Origin: Steroidobacteraceae bacterium
GTDB taxonomy: Bacteria > Pseudomonadota > Gammaproteobacteria > Steroidobacterales > Steroidobacteraceae
Assembly: GCA_035631515.1 (NCBI GenBank)
Contig: DASQIP010000066.1
Span: 738-64,737, forward strand
Length of the DNA stretch: 64,000 bases
Direction: 5' to 3'
Shown piece after piece: positions 36,630 through 45,306 of this stretch (its first letter is position 1; each line of letters opens with the position of its first letter). The position numbers and the translations under genes are program-made. The notes under the pieces were generated by a model. That model ran no database searches and had not been told where the DNA came from. It saw only the letters and a list, made by a program, of their open reading frames with translations.

Positions 36630-38649
36630 AGTCACCGCCGGCCGCACGCGCGCGCAGGCGCTGCGCTGGCGCATCAACCGACTGCGCTGCATGCGGCCCG
36701 CCGAGCTTCCCTTCCGCCTGGCGCGCTCGATCACCGCGCATCTCGAGCCCATCGCGCCGCGCCGCCACCGGGTTCCGCCCGCGGATCGCGCGGCGGCGCC
36801 CGAACCCTGGATATCCGTTCCGGAAGGCCTGGACAAGGCGCCGTATCTGGCGGCGGCCGACCGCATCGTCGCCGGCACGCTCGATATCTTCGGCATGAGC
36901 TGCGCGGGCAACGCGCCGCCACGCTGGAATCGCGACCCGAAGACCGGCGTCGAGGCGCCGCTCACATTCGGCAAGCGAATCGACTACCGCGACCGCCGCC
37001 GGGTCGGGGAGGTCAAGTACCTGTGGGAGGTCAACCGCCATCTGCACCTCGTGACCCTGGCGCAGGCGTACGCGCTCGGGGGCGATGCCCGGTACCTCGA
37101 GACCCTCCGGCAGCACCTCGACAGCTGGATCAGCGCCTGCCCCTACGGACTCGGCCCGAACTGGTGCAGCGCGCTCGAGGCCGCGATTCGCCTGATCAAC
37201 TGGTCCATCGCCTGGCAGCTCGCGGGCGGCGCGCAATCGCCGCTGTTCGCCGGCGTCGAGGGCGACCGCTTCCGGCAGCGCTGGCTCACCTCGATCTTCC
37301 AGCACGCGCGCTTCGTGCATGGCTACTTCTCGCGCCACTCCTCGGCCAACAACCACCTGATCGGCGAGGCCGCGGGTCTGTACATCGCGGGCCTCACCTG
37401 GCCGTGCTGGCCGGAGCTGCGGCGCTGGCGCGCCGGCGCGCGGCGCATCCTCGAGCACGAAGCCCTGGTGCAGAACTCCGCGGACGGCGTAAATCTCGAG
37501 CAGGCGGTCTGTTACCAGCAGTTCGTGCTCGACTTTCTGCTGCTGGCGCTGCTCGCGGGCGAGAGGGCCGGCGAGGCGCTGGCCACCGGCTACCGGCAGC
37601 GCATCGCGGCCATGCTCGCCTTCCTCGCCTCGATCATGGACGTCGGCGGCAGGGTGCCGATGTTCGGCGACGGCGACGACGGCGCGGTCACGCGGCTCGC
37701 GCCGCGCGCGGATTTCTGCCCGTACCGCTCGCTGCTGGCGAGCGGCGCGGTGCTGTTCGACGACGCCGCCCTGCGGCACAAGGCGGGGAAGCTCGACGAC
37801 AAGACCCGCTGGCTGTTCGGCGCGCGCGCGCAGGAGGCGTTCGAGCGGCTGCGCGGCCGGCCCGCCGTGCTGCCGCGCCGGCGCACGTTTCCGGGCGGCG
37901 GCTACTACGTGCTCGGCTGCGACCTCGAGACTGCCAGCGAGATGCGCGTGGTCGCCGATGTCGGTCCCCTGGGTTACGGCCCGCTCGCGGCTCACGGGCA
38001 CGCCGATGCACTGTCGTTCACGCTCTCGATCGGCGGGCTGCCGTTCCTCATCGATCCGGGCACCTACCTCTATCACGGCGGCGGCAGCTGGCGAGCCCAT
38101 TTCCGCGGCACCTCCGCCCATAACACCGTGAGTGTCGACGGCTTAGATCAGTCCGAGCAGGGCGGCGACTTTCTCTGGCTGCGCAAGGCCCGCACCACCT
38201 GCACCGCCATGGAGATCTCGGACTCGGTCGAGACGCTGGAGGGCTGGCACGACGGCTATCTGCGGCTCGCCGATCCGGTCCTGCACCACCGGCGCCTGCG
38301 GCTCGGAAAGCGCACGCGCACGCTCACGATCGACGACCGGCTCGAGATGTCCGGCGCGCACGACGTCGAGATCTTCTTCCATTGCGCGGCGGAGTGCGTC
38401 GTCGAACCCGCAGCGTCGGGTTTTGCCATCCGCCGCGGGCCGTGGACGCTGCAGCTGCTGCCGCCGCCGCATGTCGCGGGTGCGGCGCGGGTCTACCGCG
38501 GCAGCACGCGTCCGCTGTGCGGCTGGATCTCGCGGCATTACGGCCAGTACGAGCCCGCCCCGACCATCGTGTGGCGGGCGCGCCTCGCGGGGCCGGCCGT
38601 GCTGCGCACCTACCTCATATGCCATTCGGACTACTCCTCCGGTTCGTAG
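36613..38649 (+). CDS. heparinase II/III-like protein (no signal peptide)
   Basis: N-terminal alginate-lyase-like alpha/alpha toroid region (NWCSALEAAIRLINW, HSSANNHLIGEAAGL) followed by a heparinase II/III-like beta-sandwich (HGHADALSF...GTYLYHGG...RGTSAHNT). The N-terminus is Arg-rich and hydrophilic. Confidence 0.75.
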   Translation: MSHEPEVTAGRTRAQALRWRINRLRCMRPAELPFRLARSITAHLEPIAPRRHRVPPADRAAAPEPWISVPEGLDKAPYLAAADRIVAGTLDIFGMSCAGNAPPRWNRDPKTGVEAPLTFGKRIDYRDRRRVGEVKYLWEVNRHLHLVTLAQAYALGGDARYLETLRQHLDSWISACPYGLGPNWCSALEAAIRLINWSIAWQLAGGAQSPLFAGVEGDRFRQRWLTSIFQHARFVHGYFSRHSSANNHLIGEAAGLYIAGLTWPCWPELRRWRAGARRILEHEALVQNSADGVNLEQAVCYQQFVLDFLLLALLAGERAGEALATGYRQRIAAMLAFLASIMDVGGRVPMFGDGDDGAVTRLAPRADFCPYRSLLASGAVLFDDAALRHKAGKLDDKTRWLFGARAQEAFERLRGRPAVLPRRRTFPGGGYYVLGCDLETASEMRVVADVGPLGYGPLAAHGHADALSFTLSIGGLPFLIDPGTYLYHGGGSWRAHFRGTSAHNTVSVDGLDQSEQGGDFLWLRKARTTCTAMEISDSVETLEGWHDGYLRLADPVLHHRRLRLGKRTRTLTIDDRLEMSGAHDVEIFFHCAAECVVEPAASGFAIRRGPWTLQLLPPPHVAGAARVYRGSTRPLCGWISRHYGQYEPAPTIVWRARLAGPAVLRTYLICHSDYSSGS

Positions 38650-38709
38650 CGCGCCTGCTCGGTTGGTAAACGTGACTCCGGGCAAAGCTGACGTCGATCG
38701 GAGCGCATC

Positions 38710-39621
38710 ATGGATGGAGCACTGGCGCAGGAGCGGGTCCGCGAGCACTGGGACCGCCAGCCTTGTGATTCGGAGCTGAGCAGGCGCGAGCCCACCTCGC
38801 GCGACTTCTATCTCGACATCGAGCGGCAGCGCTACGCACTGCAGCCGCACATCCTCGAGTGCCACGGCTGGATCGACTGGCGCGGCAAACAGGTGCTCGA
38901 GGTCGGAGCCGGCATCGGCACCGATGCCCGGCGCCTGATCGGCGCGGGCGCACGCTACACCGGCATCAACGTCGACCGCGGCTCGGCCGAGGCCACGGCG
39001 CGGGCGCTGCGCCTGTTCGCGCTCCCGGGAGTCTCCCTGCAGCGCGACGCGCGCGCGCTCGACTTCTCCGACGGGGTCTTCGACGTGGTCTATTCCTTCG
39101 GCGTGCTGCAGCACATACCCGAGGCCGCCCGTGCGGTGGCGGAGATCGAGCGCGTGCTCACCCCCGGCGGTGAGCTGCTGGTCATGCTCTACAACCGCTC
39201 CTCGATCAACTACGCGCTCGAGATCATGGTCCTGCGCCGGCTCGGAGTACGGCTGCTCGCGATTCCGGGGATGATCGGCGTGCTGGCGCGTCTCGGCCTG
39301 CCGCGCGCGACGCTCGAGCGCCACCGCGAGATCCATCGCCAGCGCGGCAACATGTCGCGCGAAGAGTGGCTCAGCCGCAATACCAACGGCCCCGACTACC
39401 CCTGGTGCCGGGTGTACGGCGCGCGCGAGGCCGAAGAGCTGCTGTCGGGATTCGAGATCCTGCGCCACGAGGTGCGCTTCTTCGACCATCGTCACTGGGG
39501 CGTACTCGGGCGGCTGCTGCCGCCGTGGCTGCGCCGCACGCTCGGGCGGCGGTGGGGCTGGCACCGGATCCTGCACGTGCGCAAGCCCGTGCACCCGCCG
39601 GCGGCGGAGACGCGCTCATGA
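38710..39621 (+). CDS. class I SAM-dependent methyltransferase
   Basis: Motif I VLEVGAGIGTD, and the post-I/II pattern FDVVYSFGVLQHIP...LTPGGELLV. Confidence 0.8.
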   Translation: MDGALAQERVREHWDRQPCDSELSRREPTSRDFYLDIERQRYALQPHILECHGWIDWRGKQVLEVGAGIGTDARRLIGAGARYTGINVDRGSAEATARALRLFALPGVSLQRDARALDFSDGVFDVVYSFGVLQHIPEAARAVAEIERVLTPGGELLVMLYNRSSINYALEIMVLRRLGVRLLAIPGMIGVLARLGLPRATLERHREIHRQRGNMSREEWLSRNTNGPDYPWCRVYGAREAEELLSGFEILRHEVRFFDHRHWGVLGRLLPPWLRRTLGRRWGWHRILHVRKPVHPPAAETRS

Positions 39622-40931
39622 GGATCAGCGTACTCGGCCTCGGCTATGTCGGGGCGGTCGTTGCCGGGTGTCTGGCACGCCGCGGACACGAGGTGGTCGG
39701 CGTCGACACCGACGCCGGCAAGGTGGCGCTCCTCAAGGCGGGCCGCGCGCCGATCATCGAGCCCGAAATCGGCGAGATCACCGCGCGCGAAGTGGCCGCC
39801 GGCCGGTTGTCGGCGACCGTGGACGTCGCCGCCGCGATACCGCGCTCGGATCTCATCATGATCTGCGTCGGTACGCCGAGCCGCAGCAACGGCGGGATCG
39901 ATCTCAGCCACGTGCAGCGCGTCTGCCAGCAGATCGGCGCCGCGTTGCCCGCGCATGCGGGCGCTCCGGTCATCGTCGTGCGCAGTACGCTGCTGCCCGG
40001 GACGGCCCGCGACCTCGTGATTCCCACGCTCGAGGCGAGCTCCGGACGGCAGGCCGGCGTCGATTTCGGCGTGTGCATCAATCCCGAGTTCCTGCGTGAG
40101 GGCAGCGCGGTCCACGACTACCTCAATCCGCCGAAGACGGTGATCGGCGAGCTCAACCGGGCGAGCGGCGACCTGCTCGCGAGCCTCTATACCGACCTCG
40201 ACGCTCCGCTCATCCGCACCGACATCGAGACGGCGGAGATGGTCAAGTATGCGGACAACGCCTGGCACGCCTTGAAGGTCGGCTTCGCCAACGAGATCGG
40301 CCACTTCTGCAAGTCCCTCGGTGTCGACAGCCACCGGGTCATGGAAATCTTCTGCCGCGACACCAAGCTCAACCTCTCGGCCTGCTACCTGAAGCCCGGC
40401 TTCGCGTTCGGCGGCTCGTGCCTGCCGAAGGACCTCAAGGCGCTGCTGCACCGCGCGAGGTCGCTCGACGTCTCGCTGCCGATCCTGTCCTCGGTGTTGC
40501 CGAGCAACGAGCTGCAGATCGAGCGTGCCGTACAGACGGTGATCGAGCATGGCAGCCGCAAGGTCGGCATCCTCGGCCTCTCCTTCAAGGCCGGCTCCGA
40601 CGATCTGCGCAACAGCCCGGTGGTCGAGCTGGCCGAAAGGCTGCTCGGCAAGGGATTCGAGCTGCGCATCTTCGACGCCAACGTCAGGCTGGCGAGCATC
40701 CACGGCACCAACCGCGAATACATCATGCACCGCATTCCGCACATCTCTGCGCTGCTCGCCGCCAGCATCGAGGAGGTACTCGAGCACGCCGGCACCCTCG
40801 TGATCGGCAACGCGGCGCCCGAGTTCCAGGCCATCCTGCCACGGGTCGGATTCCGCCAGACCGTGGTCGACCTGGTGCGCATCGGCGAGTGTCACAGCGT
40901 GGCGGGTGTCTACGAAGGGGTGTGCTGGTGA
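39618..40931 (+). CDS. algD: GDP-mannose 6-dehydrogenase (AlgD-like; UDP-glucose/GDP-mannose dehydrogenase family)
   Basis: MRISVLGLGYVGAVVAGCLA NAD motif, catalytic GFAFGGSCLPKD, LGLSFKAGSDDLRNSP and a terminal ...YEGVCW. Colinear with my memory of P. aeruginosa AlgD (MRISIFGLGYVGAV...GFAFGGSCLPKD...AEGICW). ATGA overlap with the upstream stop. Confidence 0.75.
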   Translation: MRISVLGLGYVGAVVAGCLARRGHEVVGVDTDAGKVALLKAGRAPIIEPEIGEITAREVAAGRLSATVDVAAAIPRSDLIMICVGTPSRSNGGIDLSHVQRVCQQIGAALPAHAGAPVIVVRSTLLPGTARDLVIPTLEASSGRQAGVDFGVCINPEFLREGSAVHDYLNPPKTVIGELNRASGDLLASLYTDLDAPLIRTDIETAEMVKYADNAWHALKVGFANEIGHFCKSLGVDSHRVMEIFCRDTKLNLSACYLKPGFAFGGSCLPKDLKALLHRARSLDVSLPILSSVLPSNELQIERAVQTVIEHGSRKVGILGLSFKAGSDDLRNSPVVELAERLLGKGFELRIFDANVRLASIHGTNREYIMHRIPHISALLAASIEEVLEHAGTLVIGNAAPEFQAILPRVGFRQTVVDLVRIGECHSVAGVYEGVCW

Positions 40932-42169
40932 GGCGTGTTCTGATACTCGTCGAGAACCTGCCGAGCCCCTTCGACCGGCGCGTGTGGCAGGAGGCGTGCA
41001 CGCTGCGCGGCGCCGGCTACCAGGTGTCGATCATCTGCCCCACCGGACCGGGCTGCGAGCGCCGTTTCGAGATCATCGACGGCGTGCACATCTACCGCTA
41101 TCGGCTGCCGTTCGAGGCCGCCAATGCCCGTGGTTACCTCCTCGAGTACCTCGTCGCCGTCACCAGAACGTTCACGCTCGCGTGGCGCGTACTGCTCACG
41201 CGCGGTTTCGACGTGGTGCACGCCTGCAACCCCCCGGATCTGCTGTTTCTGGTCGGCGGCTTCTTCAAGCTGCTCGGCAAGAAGTTCCTGTTCGATCACC
41301 ACGACCTGTGCCCCGAGCTCTACCAGGCCAAGTTCGGGCGGCGCGACTTCTTCTACCGCCTGCTGCTGGCACTCGAGCGGGCGACCTTTCGTGCCGCCGA
41401 TGTCTCGATAGCCACCAACGACTCGTACCGGGAGATCGCGATCACGCGCGGCGGTATGCCGCCCGAGCGGGTGTTCGTCGTGCGCAGCGGGCCGAGTCTC
41501 GCGCGCATGCAGCGCCTGCCGCCGGACGTGCGGCTGAAGCGCGGACGGCGCTACCTGGTCGGCTACGTCGGCGTGATTGGCCAGCAGGAAGGAATCGACT
41601 CGCTGCTGCGCTCCGTGCGGCACCTCGTGTTCGGGATCGGGCGGCGCGACATCCACTTTGCGCTGGTCGGCTCCGGTCCGTCGCTCGAGCGCATGCAGGC
41701 CCTGGCCGTGGAGCTGCGGGTGGCCGCGTTCGTCACCTTCACCGGCCGCGTGCCGGACCACGAGCTGCTCACGGTTCTCAACACCGCCGAAGTGTGCGTC
41801 AACCCCGACACGGCGAACGACATGAACGACAAGTCGACCATGAACAAGGTGCTCGAATACATGGCGCTCGGCAAGCCGATCGTGCAGTTCGACCTCACCG
41901 AGGGCCGTTGGGCGGCGCAGGACGCCTCGCTCTATGCGCGCCGCCACGACAGCGCGGATTTCGCGGCGAAGATCGTCGAGCTCATCGACGATCCGGAGCG
42001 CCGCGCCGCCATGGGCGCCGCCGGCCGGCGGCGCGTGGAGACGCAGCTCGAGTGGAGCCACCAGGCCCCGAGGCTGCTCGCGGCCTACGAGGCCCTGTGG
42101 CGCCCCGGCGCCGGAGCCGTCTCGGCCGGGGAGCGCAGGCACCTCGGCACCCCTGGATCGCCGCAATGA
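40928..42169 (+). CDS. GT4-family glycosyltransferase
   Basis: VRRVLILVENLPSPFDRRVWQEA N-terminus and a C-terminal NDKSTMNKVLEYMALGKPIVQF region. GTGA overlap with the algD-like stop. Confidence 0.8.
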   Translation: MRRVLILVENLPSPFDRRVWQEACTLRGAGYQVSIICPTGPGCERRFEIIDGVHIYRYRLPFEAANARGYLLEYLVAVTRTFTLAWRVLLTRGFDVVHACNPPDLLFLVGGFFKLLGKKFLFDHHDLCPELYQAKFGRRDFFYRLLLALERATFRAADVSIATNDSYREIAITRGGMPPERVFVVRSGPSLARMQRLPPDVRLKRGRRYLVGYVGVIGQQEGIDSLLRSVRHLVFGIGRRDIHFALVGSGPSLERMQALAVELRVAAFVTFTGRVPDHELLTVLNTAEVCVNPDTANDMNDKSTMNKVLEYMALGKPIVQFDLTEGRWAAQDASLYARRHDSADFAAKIVELIDDPERRAAMGAAGRRRVETQLEWSHQAPRLLAAYEALWRPGAGAVSAGERRHLGTPGSPQ

Positions 42170-42741
42170 GGTTGCGGCAGCTCGCCACGCCCGCGGACTT
42201 CGAGCTGGCGGCGGGCTGGCTGCAGCGCAAAGAGAACCATCAGTGGCTGGATTTCGGCAGCAGCTGCCAGCGCATTACGCCCGCGCTGCTGCGGATCATG
42301 ACGCAGCGGGACACGCACTGTATCCGCTTCTATACCGCGCACGATGAGGATACCCCGCTCGGCATCGTGGCGCTCAGCAACGTCGACCGCAACATGCGCA
42401 CCGGCACTCTGTGGGGGATCGCCGGGGACAAGTCCTTCCGCCACCGCGGCTGGAGTCAGGTCGCGGCCTCACGCCTGTTGACGCTCGCATTCCAGGAGCT
42501 GGGGCTGCACTCGGTGAACACCTGGATCGTCGCCCACAACCCCTCGCAGCGCAGCGCCGCGCGCCTCGGGTTCCGCTACGTCGGCCGGCAGCGACAGTGC
42601 CACTTCATCGACGGCCGGGCCTACGACCGGCTGCTCTACGACCTGCTGGCGAGCGAGCATCGCGAGCTCGACCGTTACCCCCGGGCAGCCGCCCCGGGCC
42701 GCAGTCCCCGTGCAGCCCTCGAGGGCGTTATGGCGCTGTAA
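42166..42741 (+). CDS. GNAT-family N-acetyltransferase
   Basis: 191 aa with an acetyl-CoA-binding-like segment (FRHRGWSQVAASRLLTLAFQELGLHSV) and RimJ/RimL-type layout. ATGA overlap with the upstream stop. Confidence 0.7.
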   Translation: MRLRQLATPADFELAAGWLQRKENHQWLDFGSSCQRITPALLRIMTQRDTHCIRFYTAHDEDTPLGIVALSNVDRNMRTGTLWGIAGDKSFRHRGWSQVAASRLLTLAFQELGLHSVNTWIVAHNPSQRSAARLGFRYVGRQRQCHFIDGRAYDRLLYDLLASEHRELDRYPRAAAPGRSPRAALEGVMAL

Positions 42742-42922
42742 CGCGCCTTCCGCCCCCGTCCGGCTCCGCCGGCATAGTCCTTAGGAACTATGGCGCAGCT
42801 GCAAGTGCGCGGAGGCTTGGTATTGCAAGCTCGAACCTGAACGTAAGTCCGGCGCGGGCAGATCGGCGGCGCTCCGCGCGCCGGGCGTTCGTTGATCAGG
42901 GTTGCCAACGGCTGGAGCGTTG

Positions 42923-44530
42923 ATGACAGCGCCGAACGTCCTCTTGATCGGGCCGTACGATCCGCACTGCGGAGAGTACACATTCCTCGCTCCCCCGCTC
43001 GGGGTGTGGCGGCTCGCCGGTGTGCTCGAAGCCACGGGCACCACCGTCAAGGTGTTCGATCCGAACTGCTGCGCCGGCCCGGTTCACCGGGCGCTCGAGC
43101 GCGAGCTGCTGCGTTGCCCCTGGCACATCATCGGCGTCTCCACCACCGGCATGACGCTGCGCTTCGATCTGGAGCTCGCCCACCTGGCGCGCCGGCTGGC
43201 CCCGCGTGCGCTGCTGATCGCCGGAGGGATGGAGGCCACCTTCAGGCCCGAGCTCATGTTCCGGCTCGGTCCTTTCGATCGCGTCGTGCTCGGGGAGGGG
43301 GAGCGTCCGCTGCTCGAGATGGTGGCGCGGCTGCGCTCGGCGGCCCCGCTCGGCGGGATCAGCGGGACCGTGGAGCGCCGTGCCGACGGGCAGTGCCTCA
43401 GATTGCCGCAGCGCGCGCTCGGGCGCGAGGAGCTCCGGGACGCCATCTTCAGTACCCCCTACGCGCGCATGCCCTATGGCGCTTACTGGGAGCGGCTCGA
43501 GAAGGCCTATCGGGTCGGCGCCCTGCCCACCAAGGCCGCCCGCGAGGCGCTGCTCGCGGAGATCCGCTCGGTGCGGCTCATCACCCTCAATTACTGTCCG
43601 ATGGGCTGCAGCTTCTGCTCCTCGACGAACTTCCTGCACGAGGCCCAGGGGAGTGTCGCCGGCATCGCGCGCCTCGACGCCGACGAATGTGTGAGCATGC
43701 TCGGGCGCATCGTCGCCGCGCACCCCGGGGTGCGCACGGTGATCTTCCAGGACGACATCTTCGTGTTCACGCAGGATCGGCGCGTGCTGCCGCTGTGCGA
43801 GCGCATCGTCGCGGCCAAGGACAGCGGCGCACTGCCGCGCACGCTGCAGTTCATCAGCACCAATCGCGTCGATGCGATGACGCCCGAGCGGCTGACGGCC
43901 ATGCGCCGCGCCGGCTTTCGCGTGCTCGGCTTCGGGATCGAGAACTTCTCGCGCAATGTGCTCAGGGAATTCAACAAGGCCCGGATCTACGACCACATCG
44001 AGCCCATGCTGAGCGCCGCCTGCGGCCTCGGCATCACGCCGTTTCTGGACCTGATTCTGACCTCGCCGCGCGCGACGCTCGTCGACCTCGCCGAGACCCT
44101 GCGCCAGGCTTACCGCTGGCTGCAGCGCGGCTGCGAGGTGGGACTCTACCCCTACGTCATTCCGTTCTCGGGCGCGCCCATGGCGGCCGATCCGGCGCTC
44201 GCGCCCTTCACGGTCTGCCAGCGCCGCGAGATTGCCGGCACCGCGATTGCGTGGCAGCAGCCGGCCAAGATCCTGCCGATCGACCCGCTGCTGCGCGAGA
44301 CCATTCTGGCGATCGAGAGCGACGTCGAGGCGTTTCTCGCCCAGGCACAGGCGAACGCGGCCCATCTGCCTTCGCGTCTGCGCTCGCTCATCTGGATATC
44401 GTGCTCGCTGCGGCACATGGCCGAGCGGGGCATGCCGATTGCCGACGAGGATGAGGTACGCCGTGAGCTGGCCGCGCGGCTCCCGGCAGCGGGGCCGCAG
44501 CTCCCCGCGATGGGAGTCGCGAGCGCATGA
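42923..44530 (+). CDS. B12-binding-domain radical SAM enzyme
   Basis: N-terminal Rossmann-like cobalamin-binding-type domain (VLLIGPY...IIGVSTTG...LLIAGGMEAT...VVLGEGE) and a radical SAM cluster motif CPMGCSFC (CxxxCxxC) at nt 43595-43618. ATG at 42923; TTG at 42902 is the alternative. Confidence 0.8.
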   Translation: MTAPNVLLIGPYDPHCGEYTFLAPPLGVWRLAGVLEATGTTVKVFDPNCCAGPVHRALERELLRCPWHIIGVSTTGMTLRFDLELAHLARRLAPRALLIAGGMEATFRPELMFRLGPFDRVVLGEGERPLLEMVARLRSAAPLGGISGTVERRADGQCLRLPQRALGREELRDAIFSTPYARMPYGAYWERLEKAYRVGALPTKAAREALLAEIRSVRLITLNYCPMGCSFCSSTNFLHEAQGSVAGIARLDADECVSMLGRIVAAHPGVRTVIFQDDIFVFTQDRRVLPLCERIVAAKDSGALPRTLQFISTNRVDAMTPERLTAMRRAGFRVLGFGIENFSRNVLREFNKARIYDHIEPMLSAACGLGITPFLDLILTSPRATLVDLAETLRQAYRWLQRGCEVGLYPYVIPFSGAPMAADPALAPFTVCQRREIAGTAIAWQQPAKILPIDPLLRETILAIESDVEAFLAQAQANAAHLPSRLRSLIWISCSLRHMAERGMPIADEDEVRRELAARLPAAGPQLPAMGVASA

Positions 44531-45306
44531 GCTCCACCTACTGGGAAGACCGTGCGAGCCGCTTCGCCTCCAGCGGCGCGGGGCTCGGCGCCGTGTGCTC
44601 CTACGGGATGCCGGCGTTCTACAACCGGATGATCGACTGGTGTCAGCGCCTCGCGCTCGCAAGGTGGCTCGGCGTGCGTCCCGGCGCCCGCGTGCTCGAC
44701 GTGGGCTGCGGCGTCGGCCGCTGGAGTTGCCGGCTCGCGGCGCGCGGGGCGAGCGTCACCGGCGTCGACCTGAGTCGCACCATGATCGCGCAGGCGAAGC
44801 GGCGCGCCGCGGAGCAGGGCGTCGGCGCGCGCTGCCGATTCCTCGTACAGAACCTGGCCGCCCTGGAGGTGGAAGGGCAGTTTGATCTGATACTCGGCGT
44901 GACGGTGCTGCAGCACATTCTCGAGCCCGAGGCGCTGCGCTCGGCGGTGCAGCGCCTCGCGGCTCACCTGGCGCCGGACGGCACGCTGATTCTCCTGGAG
45001 GCGGCGCCGGCGCGCGCCGTCACGAGGTGCAATAGTGCGATCTTCGAGGCGCGTCCGCGCCTCGAGTATCGGCGGCTCTTCGCCGCCTGCGGCCTCACGG
45101 TGCAGGCCGTCACCGGAGTCGATCCGGCGCCGTTCAAGTCCTGGTTACTGCCGCTGCTGCCGCGGATGCCGCGCGCACTGCGAATGCCGGCGCTGGCGGT
45201 CATCACGCTGCTCTCGATCCCGATCGACGTGCCGTTCGGCCGGATCGCGCCCGGGCATTCGTGGCATGCCGTATTCGTCCTGAAGCGCGCGGAGGGACGG
45301 CCGTGA
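44527..45306 (+). CDS. class I SAM-dependent methyltransferase
   Basis: Motif I VLDVGCGVGRWS, then VTGVDLS, FDLILGVTVLQHI and DGTLILLE. ATGA overlap with the radical SAM stop. Confidence 0.85.
   Translation: MSSTYWEDRASRFASSGAGLGAVCSYGMPAFYNRMIDWCQRLALARWLGVRPGARVLDVGCGVGRWSCRLAARGASVTGVDLSRTMIAQAKRRAAEQGVGARCRFLVQNLAALEVEGQFDLILGVTVLQHILEPEALRSAVQRLAAHLAPDGTLILLEAAPARAVTRCNSAIFEARPRLEYRRLFAACGLTVQAVTGVDPAPFKSWLLPLLPRMPRALRMPALAVITLLSIPIDVPFGRIAPGHSWHAVFVLKRAEGRP

Noticed and set aside
36115-38121. 668-aa minus-strand ORF
   Set aside because: It is antisense to the GT4 and heparinase-like genes. The sequence is low-complexity and Arg/Pro/Ala-rich with no domain signatures.
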